From the NCBI GenBank assembly GCA_973895155.1, contig OZ316896.1, positions 10,055,525 through 10,119,524 on the forward strand: DNA of 64,000 nucleotides, given 5' to 3'. The DNA is from Marsupella aquatica (lineage: Eukaryota; Plantae; Marchantiophyta). A model generated the notes under the pieces. That model ran no database searches and was not told the origin of the DNA. It saw only the letters and a program-made list of their open reading frames with translations. The stretch's first letter is position 1. Each line of letters opens with the position of its first letter. This document shows, one piece after another, positions 51,121 through 64,000 of the stretch. The translations under genes and the position numbers were made by a program.

Positions 51121-52040
51121 GGAGGTCATTAAAATACTCAGGTGAGTCTGGGTGCCTTGCTGGAAAAATTAAGAGAGGTGATAAAAATACTCAGGTCAGT
51201 CAGGGTGCCTCGCTGGGTGCAGTTCTTCTACTATTTGTGGACCTAGAATAGCAGCTTTAAGGCTTTAAGAAGTTAAGATTTCACACTCCTCAGGCTAGCT
51301 GGACATAGATCTCACATTGGTAGTTCCGTAGAATGAATTCAAGGAATGCCAAGATTGAGGATATGTAGGTGGTGACGGACATTTTCAAAAGCACTTGCAA
51401 CCCCGCTTGCAACATCCATTCAAGGAAGAATATCTCTATATATATTAGATGTTTACCAGGAAGAGGACATACATGTAAATTGCAAGTGAGTCATTGTTGA
51501 TCAAGGAAGCTAGCAGATAAAATAGAGCACCTAAGAATTATTCATACATGCTGGAGTTTGTCTGATATATAGAAATCACGTAGTAATCGCACGTTCTTAC
51601 ATACATACATTGAAACGACAATGACCAATATTCCAGGCCTCTTATCTGCGTCTTTCTGTGAACAATAGACACGTTTTATAAGATCTATCTACATGAGATC
51701 ATACCTGGAATCGATCTGTTTGCCAAGGCAAGGCAAACTAGACACCTATTATTTTCTAATTACATCGATAAGTTCGTGACGTCTCCTCAGGATTACAAAA
51801 AATTGTCCGAGAGAACCCAAGAAAACAACCCAAGAAAACAACACAAGGGACGGTTGGTACTAGAAAACCATTCCATCGCTGATGTGAAGAATCCTTGATT
51901 GGCTACTCGAGCTAGTTGTGATTCTTTATTTACTCGAGAGCAGACCGTACTGAATACAACTTTGCTTCATTCACAGTCATAGCTTGAGCTATATTTTCTA
52001 GGCTTCGTTGACTGCTAGTCGCAGCGGATCTCACATATTT

Positions 52041-53137
52041 TTACGAGGGAGGTGAAGGTACATTGTCACGGTGGAGGTCAGGCAGGTTACCCTGGAAAGG
52101 TGAATCTCCACTGCCCTGGCATCCATATGGGTTACAAAACGGGGAATCTTGCAAAAGATACCTCTGCAATTTTCGAGATCAAGTCAGTAGTAAGTAGGAC
52201 GTATAGATAACCGACTCGGAAAAGACCCATGAGATACGAAACTTAATTGCGCGTAGCTAGTTGGACAGTACTTCCTATGGCAACTACAATTCTGCGTGGA
52301 GAAACTAAATTCAATCAAAACATATTAATTGACTACCCTCCCCAAGATCCATTAATCATCAGGACGTAGGCATTTCGAGATCACTATTATCGGACAAACT
52401 TGGATCTGTATTCACTGACGAAGAGGCCTATTCCTACAAGATCGAGAAACCAAAAGAGCCAAGGCCCGGCATTAATTGAAATCTCTGGACGTATTCTGGG
52501 TTAGAGCTGGAACCCAAACACTGATCTTGATTGCATGATTTTGGCATAATTATTAAGACTTGTCGGTACCCGTACCTGAGCGGAAGTGCGTTGAGGGGGG
52601 GAAGCTCTGAATCTTGGTGGCACCACTACTGGAGACTCGATGTCAGAATGCATCACGTCTGTCACATGCCACAACGCAAAAACTCCATAAAGTGGCAAAA
52701 GCTCTCTCAATTTAGCAACTGAACTAGAATTACCTCGTGAAATCCTGTAATATAATATATAACACGTCATGAGTTTCCATACGTTGATGATTAATCCTGA
52801 TATATGGATGTCAAGCTAGAGTTCCAGAATGCACTAGCCCAATCCTTTTTTACTCGGGGGCGGAGTGACAATTGTAAACAATAGGTAGTATTGCTAAATG
52901 CATATCCAATAGCAGACATATTTGAAGCTCTGGCTTCTGTCTATAGCTCTCGAGTCCTCTCCTGCAAATTCAGTGCATCAGTGATTCAATGATACCTGGG
53001 AGATGCTGATGGAAGCGGGAAGTAGCAGCCACGGATTTTACATGTAGCAAAGTAATTGCTGCCAGCAGAACGATGATGAGTAATTTGGATCCACTCTTCG
53101 AGCCCAGATTCTTCAATTGATCCGTACGGTTCGCCAT
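52041..53137 (-). CDS. Small secreted peptide precursor, copy 2 (115 aa); exons 53137-52996, 52658-52576, 52163-52041
   Basis: MANRTDQLKNLGSKSGSKLLIIVLLAAITLLHV...; C-terminus RYLLQDSPFCNPYGCQGSGDSPFQGNLPDLHRDNVPSPPS. Confidence 0.75.
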
Positions 53138-56100
53138 AGTCTTGAGATGGCTCCCGATTGAATTGCACGCCGTGTTATTACTCTGTGCGATATGGTATAT
53201 GCCCGACGAAGTCCCTCTATTAGTGGAGAGAGCACTTGATCAGATGTTCATGCGTTCATAGATTTGACAAATGTATATATACTGGCGATCACTCAAGAAT
53301 GAGCCTGTTTCGTGCAATGTGAGGAAAAGAGGCTAGGCGTGCAAGACCAATTTATATATTGTTGACGAGCAATTAAGTTCAAGTTGGCAGATGCTATGTG
53401 AGCATCGGTGTAGCCTGGTTGCGCATGTGCCTGCGCTTGGACTTTCACTTTCCAATTAAATTCTACAAATTATACGCTAAGTAAGGGTGGCTTCACAAGA
53501 AGTAACCTTACTGTGGACAAAGTAACTACTTCGGTTGACAAAATGAGTGGAAACGAGCGCACTTGACAAAATCAACAACGAGTGGAAACGACTTCGATTG
53601 ACAAATGAGTGGAAACGAGTCTCTTGAAACAATCAGCACTCCACACCAGCATTTTCGTGTGCCCAGTGATTGCGGGAATGATGGGTAGAACCACATTTGA
53701 ACGCCCACGAGGTCTTGTAAAGCCAATTGCAGTAGTTTACTGTAAAATGTTCGCGCAATTTAAAACTTTGGCTCCTTCATGATTCAACGGAATTGAATAA
53801 TTGAACTTGATTTCAAAAGATTCTTATATACTTGGTATGGAGTCAGTGTATCTTTTAGAACAAGAAGTGGTCCTCCTGACTGCTTGGTGGGAAAAGCAAA
53901 TCACCTGGAGGCTCGTGGTCCAAACAGTTTAAAATTTTGGCTCTTCATTCAATGCATAGGCGTTTTTTCAGCTTCACTTCAAAATATTTTTGGTTCATTT
54001 CAAAATGTTTTTGGGTGTGGAGTCTCTCTTTAAAACGGAGAAGTGGGCATCCAATTATTTTTTGGTGAAAAAAGTTATAAGAGGTTGCAGTTGTAAAACC
54101 ACCCTAAGCTTATGGAGAGCATTCCCTGGTGCTGTCATTTTGCATGCGTCGTTACTGGGGAAGAGATTTTGCTGGGCCCTCTATATATGTTTGACTTGAC
54201 AAGGTCGACATTTTTTCAGATGATCCTATATTAGGAATGATTTTCTGGTAAGAAAATCATAAAAACGTACCATTGCAGGAATTTTCTTTTTATATTCAGA
54301 AATATCCCTGCATTGCAGTCTCATCCCTTCAACTGGTACTAAGCTTGATGGTGCCTTATGAACTGTCTAGGTCTTTTGACAATAATGATATGTTGGGAGG
54401 GGGGGGGAGGCTATATATAGATATGAACTAATCCTCGGGAGCCCAGTACCTTTGTAGTTGCATGGCGTGTGTGTGTGTTTCTAGGCTTGGTTTCCCTCTA
54501 TTTAACCAGAAAAATGTACAGGAGCCAAAAAATTGAAAAAGAGATCAGATTGGAAAGTATCCCGGAAAGTATAAAGTTTTGGGAGGTGTCTCTAGCGCTT
54601 ACTACACTCTTTAGAGTATTAATTCCTTGATTGACTCTCACACAATCTAATTTCCTTGGCCAGAAAGTTATGGCCAGGAGAATTTCTCCATAATATTGTG
54701 TGTGTGTGTGAGTGTGATATGAATAGTGTATCCTATGATATTTTTTATTTTATTTTTAAATTTTAAGGATAAATTTGTGAAACCCCACAGAAAGGGAATG
54801 TTCAGTCAATCACAAACACTTGAACCCAAGACCTATCAGTCTCCACTCAAACGAGCTACCACTCAACCATGCCTCCCTGGGCTGTATCTTATGATACTAA
54901 TTACCACATATATTATTTTACAAAAATTTGCAACCCGATTTGCAATCTCTGTCTCATTAACAAATTTCTTTTAGCCACTTTTGTTGGGATCAGATCAGAT
55001 AGCATGACACTAAATAATATGAACCAGCATACACCAATGAATCAACACCAACAAAGAGAGTAACTAAGTGGGGGTTATTAACCCTAACTGGGTTACGTCC
55101 ATGCACAGCTGTGAGCTAGAGAATAATAAATAATTATAAACATAACATGTACCTCCACCATAGCCAGCTAGCATTACAAGCTCGAGTATCATGACCTGAT
55201 CTTCCTCACCCTTCATAGCCTCTGCACACAGAAGACTGAACTCTCCAATGTGAGCACACACTTGTGTTCCCCTTTGGTATACCTCATCCCATACTAGTCT
55301 ACGGGAATCTTGAACTCAAACAAGTGGCATCCTAGTCTGCTAAAGCCTAACTAGTACTATGGAAGAAATCCGGGGAAGAAATAGGCTATACTAGAGGCAT
55401 AATTAACCTAACACCTTCAACAACAATGCACCACAAATTTTGAGTAAAAAACTAAACTGATATTGATTTCAAAAACTACAGTCAAATTAGGCTGAGATGG
55501 TGAAAAGGATCATTGAGATCTTCACTTGGAACTAAACTAAATTATAATAGTGTGAGCAGATAGGCCAATGCATGCATATCATGATTGACATTACACCCAT
55601 TTCATTGTCATGATGATGAATTTATTATTGTTGTGGGCCATTTCATTCTTGTGGCCATAATTGTGTTATTAGACAATGATGTTGTTGCAATTTTTTTGTT
55701 TGGATTTAGGGTTAATGTAGCTTAGGAGAAACTATGTCACAAAGACATTGAATACTTGGAAACAACTTTTAATTACTTTTACACTAAAGATGTTCTAATT
55801 CACAATACTTTCACTGTTTTTTCTGTATTTATAAAAATGTCATGGTTTCATATGCTGATGACAAGTTTACAAAGGTAACAGGGGAATTATACACAAAAAC
55901 CGTGGCATTTTTGTCAATATGAAAAAAATAGTGACAGTATTCTAAATTTAACATCTTTAGTGGCAATGTACTTAAAAGCTATAATTAGAAATAATAAGAA
56001 TAAATCGTAACATTCTCCTCTAAACGGTTAAACTTGGTTTTCACTTTTCCATAAAAGAATAGATACTCTTTTTTCAACTCCAACCTCTATGATGTCCTTG

Positions 56101-56389
56101 TTTCAGTCTTCGCTGCCATCTGTTGGCAGTGAATCTTAGCTGCTCTACAACAGGCACAAGCATTCACTATCAATTGTTGATCTAAAGCAGTTGGTTTTTG
56201 GCTCGGGGTAATTATATAGAGGCCCCCAATCACCTGCAATGTTCTGAAGCCTCCGACCCCCTAAATGCAAGGATGCTTTTTTAATTCCCAAACTTTGATT
56301 AAAAAGACACTAATGTTCTTACAAGACTCAAAATTGGATTTAAAAGAACTTCATGTTCTTCCAAGAAATGTTTTAAGTCTTCCCTTACA

Positions 56390-57905
56390 GTGGTGGACCT
56401 CGCCACCCAGCGCCCTCACCAATCCCAGCACTTGCGCCTAAGTGCCCTTGGTGCCCGAATGCCTCCACGGAATACCTCGAGCAAGCATTCAAGTGCCTCT
56501 AGCACCCCTTGCGGCCACTCCCATACGAAGCCGCACTTGCTCACCTACACGACCGCTACTCAACGGTCCTCACTGTTTGCACAAACAACCAAGCATCTCG
56601 GTAAGTAACCCCTCCGAATCTAGAACTCGCCAAATCTAGCATCCTGACTCAAGCTCAACAGACGTTGGTAAAAAGGTCAGCAATAGGTCCTCTCGATGCC
56701 ATAAGCCGGAACCAGAACCCACGCCCACTGTCCATCCAGGACAGCTCCTTCCTTGGGCGCGGCCCGGGTTCCCCCTCATACCTATCCATCACCAACTGAC
56801 CGCCCTGACCTCAAGACATGCTCATGGCCCAAATAGCGTAGCTTGTCCTAAAGCTTGTCCCAAACTTGTCTCAACACGCCGGGACCATAATGGCCCCGAC
56901 TCTAACAACCGCTCCCGGTTCGCCCCACTGATGGTCTAGGGGCCGAGCGCCCTTGGGATTCAGCCTCCATACCTACTTGGCCTTGCCTCCCCAACGCAAG
57001 CTCCCTTGGGAGGCTGAACACGGCTTGGCTGCTGTTCGGTAGGATTTGGCAAGCGGGCGAGCTAACACCCGCAAACCACGAGAACCCATGGCACCCCCGG
57101 ACCCATCTGAGCTCAGGAGGGCGTAGCCCTCTTCCAGAGCTTTCCAACGAACCCAAGAAGTCCTCCAACAAACTTCCCGTTGGGAAGATATCGTCATTTC
57201 CATTTGGCGGTTTCCCTTAGTGTCGCGACCCCCGCGGCTCACGATTTCGGCTCGCCTTTAGCCCCCAGGGAGACATCACTCCCCTCATATATGCTTCTGG
57301 GGACCTGCCACCCCCGGACCAGCTTTGGTCCCTAAACATTTGGCCCCCAACCCGGATCCCATCGCGCATAATGGGTGCGCCACCAACTAGCAACGGCCAA
57401 TTCATAACTTTCTTGATAGGCGTCCACAAGCAGAGTGCCTTAGCCCGTTGTGACCGGGCTGACCCAGTGCTCATGCCTAGGCCCTCAGGTCTGATCGCCG
57501 CTCGAGGCCCCCGCCCGGCCCAACCCGGATCGGGCCACAACTTGCGCCCCAAGCGTCCGTTGCCAATGGCGTCAACTCCATTGGCCTTGGGCCCAAGAGG
57601 AGCTCACTCCCAAGCCCTCAGAACTCAAAGCCTATCCGACGGTCCGGACGGCCATCCTTGAGCTCGGCCCATTTCCCCTTGACCCAACCAGCCATAGGCT
57701 AGTCCAAGTCCTTAGTGTGTGTCCCAAGCTTGGCCCCTTGCCTCGCTAGCGCCACGTCTGATTGCCCACAAGTCTCCCCATGCTAAGTCCTCCCCGGATG
57801 GCCTATCCGGGCCTGGACCATAAGGGAGCTCGGCGTCGGAGTCAGCGACGTCGAAGCTAAGTGTTAAGGTAGTCGAGTTCCGCGACTCTTACTAAGCGCC
57901 AACAA
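56390..57905 (-). mobile_element. GC-rich degenerate LTR-retroelement remnant (possible leader/gag)
   Basis: Abrupt GC rise; TGGCGC PBS-like motif on minus strand near 57900; only weak gag-like translation. Confidence 0.3.
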
Positions 57906-59533
57906 AATCAGTCACCCTATGCTTTGTTGCACATAAGGTGTCAACTCTATGGTAGTGAAACCCCCAATGAGATTTTGGTTGTCTAGTCAATTCCCTCTTT
58001 GCAACCCTCCTACACAGTTCACCCTAGAGCTCTACCACACAGGCATTTCAGTTTATGGCTCAATAAGGGCGTTGGTTCTTTTGTTGTTTGTCCCCCGGTT
58101 TGTCCCCTTGGACAGACTGAGTGTTTCTTTGGCTTTTGGGTAAGTGTTGCGTTTTCCATTTTCCTTGATTCATTGGCTAATATCCCTCTTCATCGGATTT
58201 TTGGCCTTTGAAATCATGTCTTCCCCTAAGGCGTTTTTGATTTTTTGCAGTTCAATCAATATATTATGTATCATTCTCCTTTATGTGAATGGGGGCAAGC
58301 ATATGTCCAATTGGTTTTAATGTAATGTGGGGCCTAGTAAGTTGGATTTTCTTGTCAAACCCACCTACCCAACATAGCCACATGTCAACTCTCAATTTGA
58401 AAGTTCCTTGAGATCTGAGTCTTTTTATGGATGTGACTAGGTGGGTCTAGGTGTGGATCTAGACCTAAGTAGACCCACCCAGTCTAGATCTCAGGTCTAG
58501 ATCAGTGAGTGCATCTATGCCCCAAGCCAGGATTTCCCCTTTATTCTTTCACCAGATCTTATGACTAGTAAAAGTTATTCTTTAAATCCAACACTCATAA
58601 TGAGTTCACTCCACAAGTGCATTTAATTTATAAACTGACAATGAGGTGAAAAGGAATTCACTTCTACAAGTAACGTGTTCAGCATTTAAGACTGTTCTGT
58701 AACTCCTTTGGATTATAGTGATTATTGACTGGAAACTGGAATATGGAAAAAAAAAGTGTGCGTGTTACTAGAGGCGTTTGAACCCCACTTTTGGAAGATG
58801 ATGTGTGTAAACTCTCCTCGAATCAAAAGAACTTATGAGTGTAACAAGAGGCATCTGAACCTCACTTTTGGGGCAGGTGAGTGTTAAAAAGCTCACAATG
58901 AATTTAGAACCCTACACCTGAGAGGCCCCACTCTTCTGGGTTAACCGGTAGCCCATAGACTGCCGATGCTTACAAGCCCAGTTACAAGCGCATTCTTTAA
59001 GTATCTGATTTTACTCTGCGGGCAACTACTGGCTACTGGCAGCTACCGACTATTGGAGGAGGCGCAACGTGACAGCATTTAAGGTGAAACTCGTGATTTA
59101 TAGAAGGAAATGAAAAGGAGGAATTGGATAATTATTATGTGTTAGCATGCTCTGCAATAGCGTGATGCTTTAGTATAATAACAATATTAAAGTCTATAAT
59201 TGTGAAGGGTTGCAAGTAGCTTGCAAATGAATCCAGGTTGCAGGTCAGACCTTCCAGGTTCGATCTCCCTGACTCCTCCTCACCCTAGTTCCTTCGGGAA
59301 TTTAAGGAAAGGGATTTTTTCAGCATAATTATCTTTACAAAGGCACATATAGCGTTGGCCCAGGCGAGTGCTCGAGACAAGGGAGAGGGCTGGGAATAAA
59401 ATTAGACCGTCCATGCAAAACGAATCCTTTGAATGGTTGCAGTGGGTGATCTGCTAAAACTAGGAGAGATAAGTCGCCAATCAGGTTTTCTTGGGCAGTT
59501 TAGCTGTTTCGTACTATGCAGCCTCAAATTGGC

Positions 59534-59662
59534 CTTGTCCACTTGGAAATAGAAATAGTCTGTGTTGGAACAAGTTTAGAGTTTACTCCATGTTGACTTG
59601 TCCACTTGGAAATAGAAATAGTCTGTGTTAGAACATATCTAGAGCTTACTCCATGTTGACTT
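59534..59662. repeat. 63-bp tandem duplication
   Basis: CTTGTCCACTTGGAAATAGAAATAGTCTGTGTT... present twice. Confidence 0.8.
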
Positions 59663-60584
59663 GTGAAGCATGGCACAGCAGTGACGACAAAGTAACGAGA
59701 AACGCTGAGACTGGCCAGCACGAGTAGACCATCAATGAAATCTCCAATCTTATTGTTTGTCGAGTGAACTGGGCCTAAGGATGAGATGATTAGAATACTC
59801 AAGTGAGGTCTGGGTGCCTCTCTGGGTGCAGTTCTTCTACCTGATTTTGTGTAAAAGCAAACTCGATCTTCTCAATCAATGATTTTGTGTAGTTACTAGC
59901 TTCAAACAGTGGCTTTGAAGTTCAGCGGCCCGCCTTTGAATTGAATTTCACGCGCCTCAGGCTGGCTGGTCGATCCAGGCACTGACTTCAAGGAATGAGA
60001 TGGTTTATGCTATACAAATGTGTCGGTATGGACAGACATTTTCCCAAGTAAATTGCAACATCTGTTCAAGGAAGAATACCACGGTGCACAACCGGGTGCA
60101 CATATCTTAGACGGGATCTTAGATGTTTACCGGGAAGGGGACATAGACGTACAGTTTCAGTGAGTCATTGGCGATCAACAAAGTTAGCAGATAAAATCAA
60201 GCATCTAAGAATTATTCATACATGGCTGTAGTTTATCTGACATATAGAAATCACGTAGTCCTCGCACGTTCTTACAGTCACACATTGAAATGCCAATGGC
60301 CAATATTCAAAGAGGCTTATCTGCGTCTTTCTGTGAAAACAACAGGCGAATACGTACGTGTATATATGTGTTTTAAGATCAGCTACATGAGATCATGGAA
60401 TCTTCTTGCAAAGGCGTAGGTGAACAGATTCAAGGGACTGCTTGTACTAGAAAATTCCATCGCTTCTATGAAGTATCCTCGATTTGTTCAGTCATAGGTT
60501 TGAGCTATATATTCCAGGCTCGTTGAGCGCGAGTCGCACCGGAGCTCGTCTATTCTTATTAGGAATATATGTAAAGGTGGATCG

Positions 60585-61618
60585 TCACGGGATGGGGTTG
60601 CCACTTTGGGGAGGTCGATCTCCACTGCCCTGGCATCCATAACCGTTACAAATCGGGGTTTCTCGCCAAAGAAACCTCTGCAATTTTCGATATCAAGTCA
60701 GTTCTAGTGAAGTAGGACGCATGCATAAACCGACTCGGAAAAGACCCATGAGAAAGTTAATTGCACAGTTGTCGTAGCTAGCTGGACAGTACTTCGCATG
60801 GCAACTACAATCCTACATGGAGAAACCTTTATCAATAGAGATAGATTACCCTCCCCAAGATCCATTATTAATCAGCACGTAAGCATTATGAGATTACAAT
60901 TATCGAACAAACTTGCATGGATCTGTATTCATTGACGAGCAGTCCGATTCCTACAGGATCGAGTAACCGAAAAATCCAGTAGCTGCGCTTGCGAGACAAG
61001 GCCCGGTATTGATTGAAATCTCTGTACCTAACCTGGGTTAGAGCTGGAACCAACAATATGTTCATTGCATGGTTTGGGGTAAACGGACCTTAGAGGGTAT
61101 TTGTTGAGTGGGGGGGACTCTGAATCTTGGTGGCACCACTGCAGGAGATTCGATATCAGAATGCATCACATCTGTCACATGCCACAAAGCAGAAACTCCA
61201 TAAAGCGGCAAATGCTCAGTCAATGCAGCAATTGAACTAGAATCATCCAGTCGAACCCTCTAATGTCAAATATATCAAGCAATGAGTTCTGATAAAATCA
61301 TGATTAATCACATATATGGATCATGTCGGGCTAGACTTCCAAAATGTACTAGCCCAATATATGTAGTACTGAATACATATCGAATTGCGGACAATATATA
61401 TCTGAAGCTCTGAGTTTTGTCTCTGGCTCTCGAGTACTCCCCTGCAAAATTCAATACATCAGTGATTCAATCATACCTGGGAGATGCAGATGGAAGCGGG
61501 AAGTAGCAGCCACGGATGTTACATGTAGCAAAGTAATTGCTACCAGCAGAATCATGGTCAGTAATTTGGGTCCACTCGTCGAGCGGCCATCCTTCTTAAG
61601 ACGCCTACGGTTCGCCAT
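60585..61618 (-). CDS. Small secreted peptide precursor, copy 3 (105 aa); exons 61618-61477, 61171-61089, 60677-60585
   Basis: Same exon sizes as copy 2 (142 and 83 nt) and same phases; C-terminus RFLWRETPICNGYGCQGSGDRPPQSGNPIP. Confidence 0.75.
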
Positions 61619-64000
61619 AGTCTTGAGATGGCTCCGGATTGAATTTCCTACCGTGTTATTACTCTGTCCAATAGGGTATGTGCCCGACGAACTCGCACTA
61701 TTTATGAATGGAGAGAGCACTCGATCAGATGTTCATGCCTTCATACTTGGATTTGACAAATGATGAATCCTGGCGCTCAATCAAGAAGAAGCCTGTTCAG
61801 TGCAATGTGGGTAAGATGCGTGCAAGAGCAATATGTATAGTGTGTTGACGAGCAAGTTGAAATGGGCAGATGCTACGTGAGCATTTGTGTAGCCTGGTTG
61901 TGCATGTGCTTGGTCTTGGACTTTGACTTTGCAAATTATACAAATTATTCGCTAAGTAAGGGTGGCTTCACAAGAAGTAACCTTACTGTTTCGTTTTATT
62001 CCTTCTTTCCCTGTGAGGTTAGAATGCAGAGTAGAAACGACTTCAGTTGACAAAATGAGTGGAAACGAGCGCACTTGACAAAATCAGCATTGAGTGGAAA
62101 CGACTCTGGTTGACAAATGAGTGTAAACGAGTGCACTCTTGACAAAATCAGCACTCCACACCGCTATTGTCATGGGCCCAGAGATTGCCACATTTAAATG
62201 GCCCCTGAGTTCTTGTAGAGCCAATTGCAAAGGTTACTGTACATTGTTCGCACATTTAAAACTTTTGCTCCCTAAAGTCCAATGGAATTGCATTTATTGA
62301 AGTTGATTTTAAAAGGTTTCTAGTTGGTGCATGTGGAGTCTATCCTTTAGAACAAGAAGTGGTCCTCCAATTTGTTTGGTGACTAAAGCAAATCACCTCG
62401 AGGCTAGTGATCCAAACATATCAAAACTTCATTTCAAAATATTTTTGGTTCATTTCAAAATAGTTTTTGGTGTGGAGTCTATCCTTACGGCAACAAGTAG
62501 GCATCCAATTTGCATTGGTGAGAAATTCCAAAGAGGTTGCACGTGTTGTAAAGTCACCCTAAGCTTATGGAGAGTATTCCCCAGAGCTGCCATTATGCAT
62601 GGATTTCATCGTTCCTGGAGAAAAAGATTTCACTGGGCCCTCGGTCTATGTTTGACTTCACAAGGTCCACGCAGATGATCCTGTATTAGGAATGATTTTT
62701 TGGAAAGTCATAATAACTTACCATTGCAGGTTTTCCTTTTTATATTCAACAATTATCTCTGCTTTGCAGTTTTATCCCAGCCTCCAATTGGTACTAAACG
62801 TTTCATGGGGCTTTATTAATTAAGTCAAACCGTGAGGGTACTCAAGGGAAACCCAACCCCAGGCAAGCAACCAGTTATGTCTTGAGCAAGGAAAGCAATC
62901 CATAGTAACTATATTCTTCCCTTGGGGATTCTCACTATAGCAAGGGGTCCCCATCACCTGTGACGTTTTTAGATCTCGGATCTTCTAAAATTAATGTATG
63001 AAAAAAATATTTTTCAATCCCTATAAAATTAGAATATTCTTGGAATATTTTAGAAATTTCTCCTTCCTTATGAATCTCAAAACTGGATTCAAAATACTCT
63101 ATTGTATGTTCTTGTGAGAAAAATTCTTAAGTCTTCCATTAAATCAATAAAATAACTCTATCTTTTGTCGCATGTGATGTACTATTTTTGAGTAAATGAA
63201 ACCCCCGAGATTCTACCTTGATAAGGAGTGTCACAGAACTTGCCACAGAACTGAAAAACAAACAACATTGAAAAGTTTACAAATTTGCGAGAGTGTCTAG
63301 TACTACACTATTTAGCTTCTCACACAATCTAATTAATTTCCTTGGCCATAAAGTTTTGGGGGTAGTGAGGTGTGTGTGTGTGTGTAATATTAATTGTGTA
63401 TAGTTAGTAGTATTTTCCCATCCTCCCGTCCCCTCCCCCAACCAACTTCATCTTCCTGAGAGTGTGCACTTAGGGAGAGTAACTAACTATATATACTTGC
63501 ATCATGTTTCATGCAATGCAAGTAGGGTGTCATCACATCTGTACTGACTGGCTCCTCCCCTTGGTATTTGCATGAAATGAAAACACTCCACAATAAGAAG
63601 TACACTTGGCAATGTTTTTAAATGAAAAAGCAATGGGTTGGGAGCTAAATCTAAAGACCTCATCATGTGTATTGGCTTCACTTTTGAATGTTGAGAGTGT
63701 TTTTCTAGCTTTTACTTTGTACAATGTAATCTCTTCCATGCATCTTTATTATGCACACAACAATATATTTTGCATAATGTTCAACACAAGTCAGTACATC
63801 CTGTAACAACACTAGCACATCTTTTGTGCAACAATATATTTTCCACAAACAATATCTTGTACACAAAGACCTCTTTAATTAACACAACCAGTCACATATT
63901 TTCCACAAATGAAATCTTCGACTTAGTACACAACATCTTTTATGCAAACAACATGATTTCTTGTGCAAAGCACAAGTATTGAGCTAATCTAGGACGTTAG

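Larger units (their letters stand above)
45950..62800. repeat. Three diverged copies of a ~3.7-kb segment: ~45950-49640 (+), ~50300-54350 (-), ~59200-62800 (-)
   Basis: Collinear shared blocks such as CCGACTCGGAAAAGACCCATGAG and CACCCTAAGCTTATGGAGAG. Confidence 0.85.

Noticed and set aside
56390-57661. Several GC-rich ORFs as host genes
   Set aside because: Overlapping low-complexity frames without domains; more likely a decayed retroelement

Overview
Eukaryotic DNA with GT-AG introns, most like a non-seed land plant such as a bryophyte (inference). Bases 1-45,800 are a nested stack of transposons. The outer element is a Sola-like (DDD) DNA transposon. It hosts a Ty3/gypsy element, which in turn holds a CACTA element in gag and a full-length Ty1/copia element in the integrase. 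It also hosts a 12.8-kb second Sola-like element with both ends intact (35-bp TIRs, GGAA TSD), inserted in the outer transposase. The main finding is that both Sola-like elements carry an intron-containing gene fusing a ParB-like domain to a bacterial-type beta-class amino (N6A/N4C) DNA methyltransferase domain. Each element also has many copies of its own long palindrome, including inside that gene's intron. The inner element additionally carries a Ulp1/C48 protease and an F-box-like gene, and the CACTA carries a SET-domain gene. Bases 46,000-64,000 hold three diverged copies of an apparently intact 3-exon gene for a small secreted Cys-containing peptide precursor, which the ORF track shows only as fragments. 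Most TE genes have premature stops consistent with C>T decay. All calls come from reading the sequence by eye; no searches were run.
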